Assembly (NCBI GenBank): GCA_045593125.1
Contig: JAZNWB010000051.1
Span: 1-43,860, forward strand
DNA length: 43,860 bases
Origin: Congzhengia sp.
GTDB taxonomy: Bacteria > Bacillota > Clostridia > UBA1381 > UBA9506
Direction: 5' to 3'
A model generated the notes under the pieces. The model was given only the letters and a program-made list of their open reading frames with translations. It had not been told where the DNA came from and ran no database searches. The translations under genes were made by a program, and so were the position numbers. Positions 39,525-43,860 of this stretch are shown here, piece after piece. Numbering within the stretch: position 1 is the first letter of the stretch; every line of letters starts with the position of its first letter.

Positions 39525-40601
39525 ATGGAAGAAAATATAAAAGAAGTTATACAAGAGGCACATGAGCTGGGCGAGCAAATGGCACAAGCCTATGACAGTG
39601 GGTACATAAACTCTCTTTTAAAGACCAACACAAAAGTAGTACAAGCCTTCAAAACGAGATACGAAGCCATAGGATATCAGTTAAAATATGGTCTTATAAC
39701 AGAGGAAGAATACTACGATAAGCTGGCACAAATTCGAGATATGTATTTTAGCCGTAACTCGCAGGAATGGCACAAATATACTGCCGAAATATATGACTAC
39801 AAGGTAGGTGTAATGGAGAGTTACAAACAGGCCGTAGAGGACAATCTCAATGATATTTTAAAGATAAGTCAGCAAAAGTATTCCCAAATGAAAAAAGAGC
39901 AGGAGGCGTTTTCCTCTGATCTTCAGGATTTTGCAGGGGGAATAGGTCTTAAAAGCACCAAGATACAGATAGGAAATTATTACCCAAACGGTGATGCGTT
40001 AGTTTTTACAGAACACACACTAGCAGATTTTGATGAAGAAATAAAAAAACTTGAGCACTTCAGTCAGAGTCTTGAGCAATTGAAAGAAAGGGCACAGGAT
40101 ATATCGCCTGAAACCATTAGCTCGTTTTTTTCAGAACTTGGCAACATTTCCATAGAAGATGCGCAGGCAATGATGGATTTGCTGCTAAAAAGTAATGAAG
40201 CAGACTTTAATAAATATTTTGAATCCTACCAAAAAAGAAATGAGCTGTCAGACAGTATTTCCAAATCTTTTTATGAATCAGAGGCGGAAAGCATAGCCAA
40301 TGAATTGCATCATGAGTTGGAAAGCGTATTTTCTGAAATACCAGAAGAATTCTTAGTTTATGGCGAAATGACGGGAGATAATTTTGTAGAGGGTTTTATG
40401 GGTAAAATAGACGGGCTGATGAGTAACCTTGAAACATTTTTATCTCAGGTAGGAATAGAAATATCGCAGAACGAATCGGGCACAAATCAGTCAGTATTTT
40501 CGCCCAGTTATTATTTTTACGGGGACAGGGCGAGTACGTCAAGAACAAGAATTATGGCAAAAAACGATGCTCTCTTTACTTACATGAGAGGTATGGAGTA
40601 G
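39525..40601 (+). CDS. Short tape-measure-like protein
   Basis: Position between Gp15 and Dit; helical, acidic; C-terminal G..FVEGF..G and PSYYFYG; ATG 39525 fits GGAGG spacing. Confidence 0.6.
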   Translation: MEENIKEVIQEAHELGEQMAQAYDSGYINSLLKTNTKVVQAFKTRYEAIGYQLKYGLITEEEYYDKLAQIRDMYFSRNSQEWHKYTAEIYDYKVGVMESYKQAVEDNLNDILKISQQKYSQMKKEQEAFSSDLQDFAGGIGLKSTKIQIGNYYPNGDALVFTEHTLADFDEEIKKLEHFSQSLEQLKERAQDISPETISSFFSELGNISIEDAQAMMDLLLKSNEADFNKYFESYQKRNELSDSISKSFYESEAESIANELHHELESVFSEIPEEFLVYGEMTGDNFVEGFMGKIDGLMSNLETFLSQVGIEISQNESGTNQSVFSPSYYFYGDRASTSRTRIMAKNDALFTYMRGME

Positions 40602-40612
40602 GGGAGGATACA

Positions 40613-41449
40613 ATGAAGATTATTTATGAAAACGAAAGAGGAAAAGTTGTTATGTACGGCGGAGGAAACGGGATTTTCAATATAATTGAGATACGCGGAC
40701 TTTCTATGCCTGAAAATAATGTTGATACGGTGTATTATCCTGATATGGCGGGATGTGTCGTAAATAAATCAACTTCTCAGGAAAGGATTATTACCATTTC
40801 TGGAGATGTGCGTGATGCCATGGGTAAAAATACAATGCGTGCGATGCATATAATATCAAACCCTGGCACTATGACGATAATATCAGGTGGTGTCAGCAGG
40901 AAAATTTTTGTACGCTGCATCAGTTTTGAGACAAACAAGCGTAAAGGTACATATATACCGTTTGTATTGCAACTTATGGCGGAAAATCCTTATTTTCAGG
41001 ATGTAAATGAAACCAAGACAATAGTGAGTAAGTGTGGAGGTATACTGTCATCTCCGTTTGTGTTACCTTGCAGCTTGTCCGTAAGAAAAACACAGACTAT
41101 GATAGTAAACAAGGGGGATGTCAATATAGAACCTGTATTTAGCTTAAAAAGCCCTGAGGGTGCAGTATGTCCTAAGGGAATCGTTATTGAAAATCTTAAT
41201 ACAGGTGCAAAAATTAAGCTTAATACTGATATTGCCCCAGACGAACAGATAAAGGTAGATGTAAAAAACAGGCGAATCACAAGCAGTAGACGTGGCAACA
41301 TTATTTTTTGTCTTGATGATGAAACATCATTATCAGAATTTTTCCTTGAGACAGGGGTTTCTGATGTAGAGATAAGTGCATGGGACGCAGAGGGTAAAAT
41401 ATATGCAGAGTGCATGTACAATAACAATTATCTCTGTATCTGTTTATAA
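40613..41449 (+). CDS. Distal tail protein (Dit, siphovirus tail component)
   Basis: Y.NERG, ERIITISG, L.AENPYFQD, NKGDV.IEP, F.LETG pattern. Confidence 0.78.
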   Translation: MKIIYENERGKVVMYGGGNGIFNIIEIRGLSMPENNVDTVYYPDMAGCVVNKSTSQERIITISGDVRDAMGKNTMRAMHIISNPGTMTIISGGVSRKIFVRCISFETNKRKGTYIPFVLQLMAENPYFQDVNETKTIVSKCGGILSSPFVLPCSLSVRKTQTMIVNKGDVNIEPVFSLKSPEGAVCPKGIVIENLNTGAKIKLNTDIAPDEQIKVDVKNRRITSSRRGNIIFCLDDETSLSEFFLETGVSDVEISAWDAEGKIYAECMYNNNYLCICL

Positions 41450-41463
41450 GGGGAGGTAATTAT

Positions 41464-42567
41464 TTGGAGGATATAAGAATATACAATGAAAACCTTGACC
41501 TGATTGCGATAATCCCTGATTTTTTAGCATCAAACTGGGATATAAAATTTTCGGAATTCGGTACAGGAGAAATAGAGTTTACGCCTTCTGCCGACACTGT
41601 TTCCCTGCTTACACAAAACAAGCATCTTTTTTTGGTTCAGGGGGATATTCAGTCTGTTGTAACAGGGTACTGTATCGGTAAAACCTGTACTGTGTTTACG
41701 AGAACTTTAGAGTGGCTGCTTACAAAATTTGTAGTAAAAGAGGTACCTAAAGGAGAAAATTTAAGCGGAACGATAGAAAATATCCTGTCACATTTACCTG
41801 CGGAGTTTAATCTTGAATTTTACGGGATTGATGACAACTGCGATATGTCAGATTTTACACTTGATAAGGTTACGGATATGTACAGTGCTCTGAAAAAGTG
41901 TATCAAAGAACCAGATATTGGTTTTTCACTTCGTGCAAATTTTAAAGACAAAAAATTCACTTTTTCACTGAAAAGAGCAGTCGAAAACAAAGATATAATA
42001 TTGTGTGACGAGTACAAAACCTCCTATGAAAGTGTCTATACCTACGACATACAGGAGGATATACAGGGAGGATACTACTATCATGAGTTGAAGTGTTTAG
42101 GAAAATACGATGCAGGAAACAATGTTCCTTCTATCAGCATAACTCCTGAAAATTATGGCACATATTATATCGTTTCGGGTGATGGACAAAGAATGGGTCT
42201 TTACTTAAAAAAAGGGGATATTTTAGCCTGCAGAAACAAAAATGGTGGATTTGAGGTAGTAGATGAAGCCAAACCTTTTTTAGTTGAAGTCTTGCCCGAA
42301 AATACAGGGATTTTTTCTTGGACAGGTGTACTTGATGCCATGAATGACTCAGATGCTCAAAAAGAATTTGAAGATAAAAAGCCTATGGATATCCTGACGC
42401 TTAAAACAAGACTTAAATACGGCACAGATTATAAAATAGGAGATATTATCAATACACGTTTTTACAGTGGGGGATGTTGCATAACCAAGAAAAAACTTGT
42501 ATCGGGCGTTCATCTGTGGGTAGAAAGTGATGGGGTAGGTGCAAGTCCTACTATGACAGATTTATAA
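41464..42567 (+). CDS. Baseplate hub / Gp37-like tail protein
   Basis: IRIY...L.LIAII, W...F.E.G..E, YGTDYKIGDII; follows Dit; TTG start after GGAGG. Confidence 0.7.
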   Translation: MEDIRIYNENLDLIAIIPDFLASNWDIKFSEFGTGEIEFTPSADTVSLLTQNKHLFLVQGDIQSVVTGYCIGKTCTVFTRTLEWLLTKFVVKEVPKGENLSGTIENILSHLPAEFNLEFYGIDDNCDMSDFTLDKVTDMYSALKKCIKEPDIGFSLRANFKDKKFTFSLKRAVENKDIILCDEYKTSYESVYTYDIQEDIQGGYYYHELKCLGKYDAGNNVPSISITPENYGTYYIVSGDGQRMGLYLKKGDILACRNKNGGFEVVDEAKPFLVEVLPENTGIFSWTGVLDAMNDSDAQKEFEDKKPMDILTLKTRLKYGTDYKIGDIINTRFYSGGCCITKKKLVSGVHLWVESDGVGASPTMTDL

Positions 42568-42579
42568 AGGAGGTTAAAA

Positions 42580-43509
42580 ATGGCATATAAATACAGTTTT
42601 GCAGATAATGAAATTTATAGTGCAAATGATATAAACGCCATAACAAAGAGACTCGTAACATCAGGAGTGGAGGACAGTTTCACAGATGGTGTTGCTTATA
42701 ACGTGTCAAAATTTAATGAAGCGGGTAAGCTTTTGTACACATCTGGTGCAGTACCTGAGAGTTGTTTATCATTAAAAGTGGAAGATGCAGGCGAGGGTAA
42801 AATTTTAATTAATCCAGGTAAGGCGTTTTTTGATGATGGTGCAGTTATAGAAATCGAGTCAGGTGGGGAGACACTCCCTTACGTTTCAGGCTCTAAAAAC
42901 TACGTTTACTTAAAAAATGATTTAATCAACACAAACAGATGCTACCCGTGTTGTACAGTATCTGAACCTGAGGGAGATTATGTGCTTTTGGCAGAAATTA
43001 ATGAAAACGGGGCAATTACAGATAAAAGAACTTATGCTAGGGGAAAATTGCCGGGTTATCAGAGTTTCGCGGGGAATGTAATGCGAATCCAGAAAACAAT
43101 AAAATTAACAAGAAAAGGCACAGTAGGTGAAGATTATAGAAGTTCCAGTGGTAGTATCACTATTGATATCGGTAACAACAATTTTGAATATATTTTAACC
43201 TATGTAAAACGTTCAGAATCAATTCCTGCATACGGGACATTGCCGTGTCTAGGGATATACGACATTTTAAGCAACTCATACCTAGGTTTTCTTTGTACCA
43301 AAGAATACACCTATTCTTCCGGAAAACACATGTCATATGAGGCTGGGGTCAGCGAAAACTCGCTGTATATCAGTGGCGGCAAATGGATGGGACATAAGGC
43401 ATATATCAACTTTGAGATAGATGATGGAAATTTGACTGTAACACTTAACACATACAGTGAAGAAACCGCTGCTCCCGGAAGCCTCGGCATAGACCTTATA
43501 TTATTTTAG
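42580..43509 (+). CDS. Baseplate / receptor-binding-like protein
   Basis: N-terminal YSANDIN...GV and INPGKAFF pattern of post-hub tail proteins; beta-rich C-terminal half. Confidence 0.55.
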   Translation: MAYKYSFADNEIYSANDINAITKRLVTSGVEDSFTDGVAYNVSKFNEAGKLLYTSGAVPESCLSLKVEDAGEGKILINPGKAFFDDGAVIEIESGGETLPYVSGSKNYVYLKNDLINTNRCYPCCTVSEPEGDYVLLAEINENGAITDKRTYARGKLPGYQSFAGNVMRIQKTIKLTRKGTVGEDYRSSSGSITIDIGNNNFEYILTYVKRSESIPAYGTLPCLGIYDILSNSYLGFLCTKEYTYSSGKHMSYEAGVSENSLYISGGKWMGHKAYINFEIDDGNLTVTLNTYSEETAAPGSLGIDLILF

Positions 43510-43518
43510 GAGGCAGAT

Positions 43519-43860
43519 ATGGTAAATTACAAAATTAAAATAAATTTTCAAGATACAAAAATCCTTACCTCCGATATAGAACTGGTTTCGGGAGATGTTG
43601 GTGCATACAAATTCAGCTTTGAATTTTACGATAACGGCAAAAGAGTTGATATTTCAAAATATATACTATCCGTCAGGGCAAAGCGTTCAGACGGAGTAGT
43701 TGTGGCCGGTGCAGGAAGTATACAGGACAATACCGCAGTATTTGTTCCTGAAAATAATTTTTACGCAGTTCCGGGAGAGCTTTATATGGAAATTGCTCTG
43801 TCCGATTATGCCGGAAGATATGCTACCACAAAAATTATAATTGCTTCAGTAGTGCAGGGT
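43519..43860 (+). CDS. BppU-like baseplate upper protein N-terminal domain (3' truncated by window; not in ORF track)
   Basis: GGAGG RBS, ATG 43519, open to the window end: MVNYKIKINF...SGDVGAYKFSFEFYDNG..VDI...KRSDG...AVPGELYMEI. Confidence 0.7.
   Translation, partial: MVNYKIKINFQDTKILTSDIELVSGDVGAYKFSFEFYDNGKRVDISKYILSVRAKRSDGVVVAGAGSIQDNTAVFVPENNFYAVPGELYMEIALSDYAGRYATTKIIIASVVQG

Larger units (their letters stand above)
33030..43860 (+). mobile_element. Phage-derived head-tail morphogenesis cluster (GTA-like element or defective prophage), continues past the window end
   Basis: 15 co-directional, tightly packed siphovirus structural genes; no integrase, repressor or replication genes at the left edge. 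Confidence 0.85.

Noticed and set aside
1083-42017. Numerous 60-230 aa ORFs antisense to or overlapping the recognised genes (e.g. 14814-15500 +, 24983-25417 +, 33252-33737 -, 40996-41427 -)
   Set aside because: Shadow frames of well-supported genes, with no recognisable motifs
33030-43860. Tailocin or PBSX-like contractile particle
   Set aside because: Terminase, portal, scaffold and capsid are present, so it is not tail-only; no sheath or baseplate-wedge genes are seen
1-43860. CRISPR arrays, tRNA/rRNA genes, IS elements
   Set aside because: No repeat-spacer periodicity, cloverleaf or rRNA signatures, or transposase motifs seen

Overview
Low-GC Bacillota (most likely Clostridia) chromosome segment with two parts. 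Bases 1-31 kb are a dense core-biosynthesis block: the end of a type III glutamine synthetase gene, a MATE transporter, a pyrC-K-D-F-E-B-I operon behind a transcription attenuator, a parvulin PPIase, then on the minus strand a complete his operon (palindromic operator over its promoter), a ZMP/ZTP-riboswitch-led pur operon (purE-F-M-N-IMP cyclohydrolase-purH-glyA-purD-purL), rodA/ftsW and degV. After an orphan FkbH-like gene, bases 33,030 to the window end are an intact-looking but streamlined siphovirus head-tail cluster: terS, PBSX-family terL, portal, scaffold, capsid, neck, tail tube, Gp15, a very short tape measure, Dit, hub and baseplate/RBP genes. It starts abruptly behind a late-type promoter, with no integrase, repressor, replication or late-activator genes upstream. 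This cluster is the best candidate for an undescribed system, a domesticated gene-transfer-agent-like particle in a clostridium. Its right end lies outside the window, so a decaying prophage cannot be excluded. All calls come from motif recognition by eye; no searches or folding programs were run.
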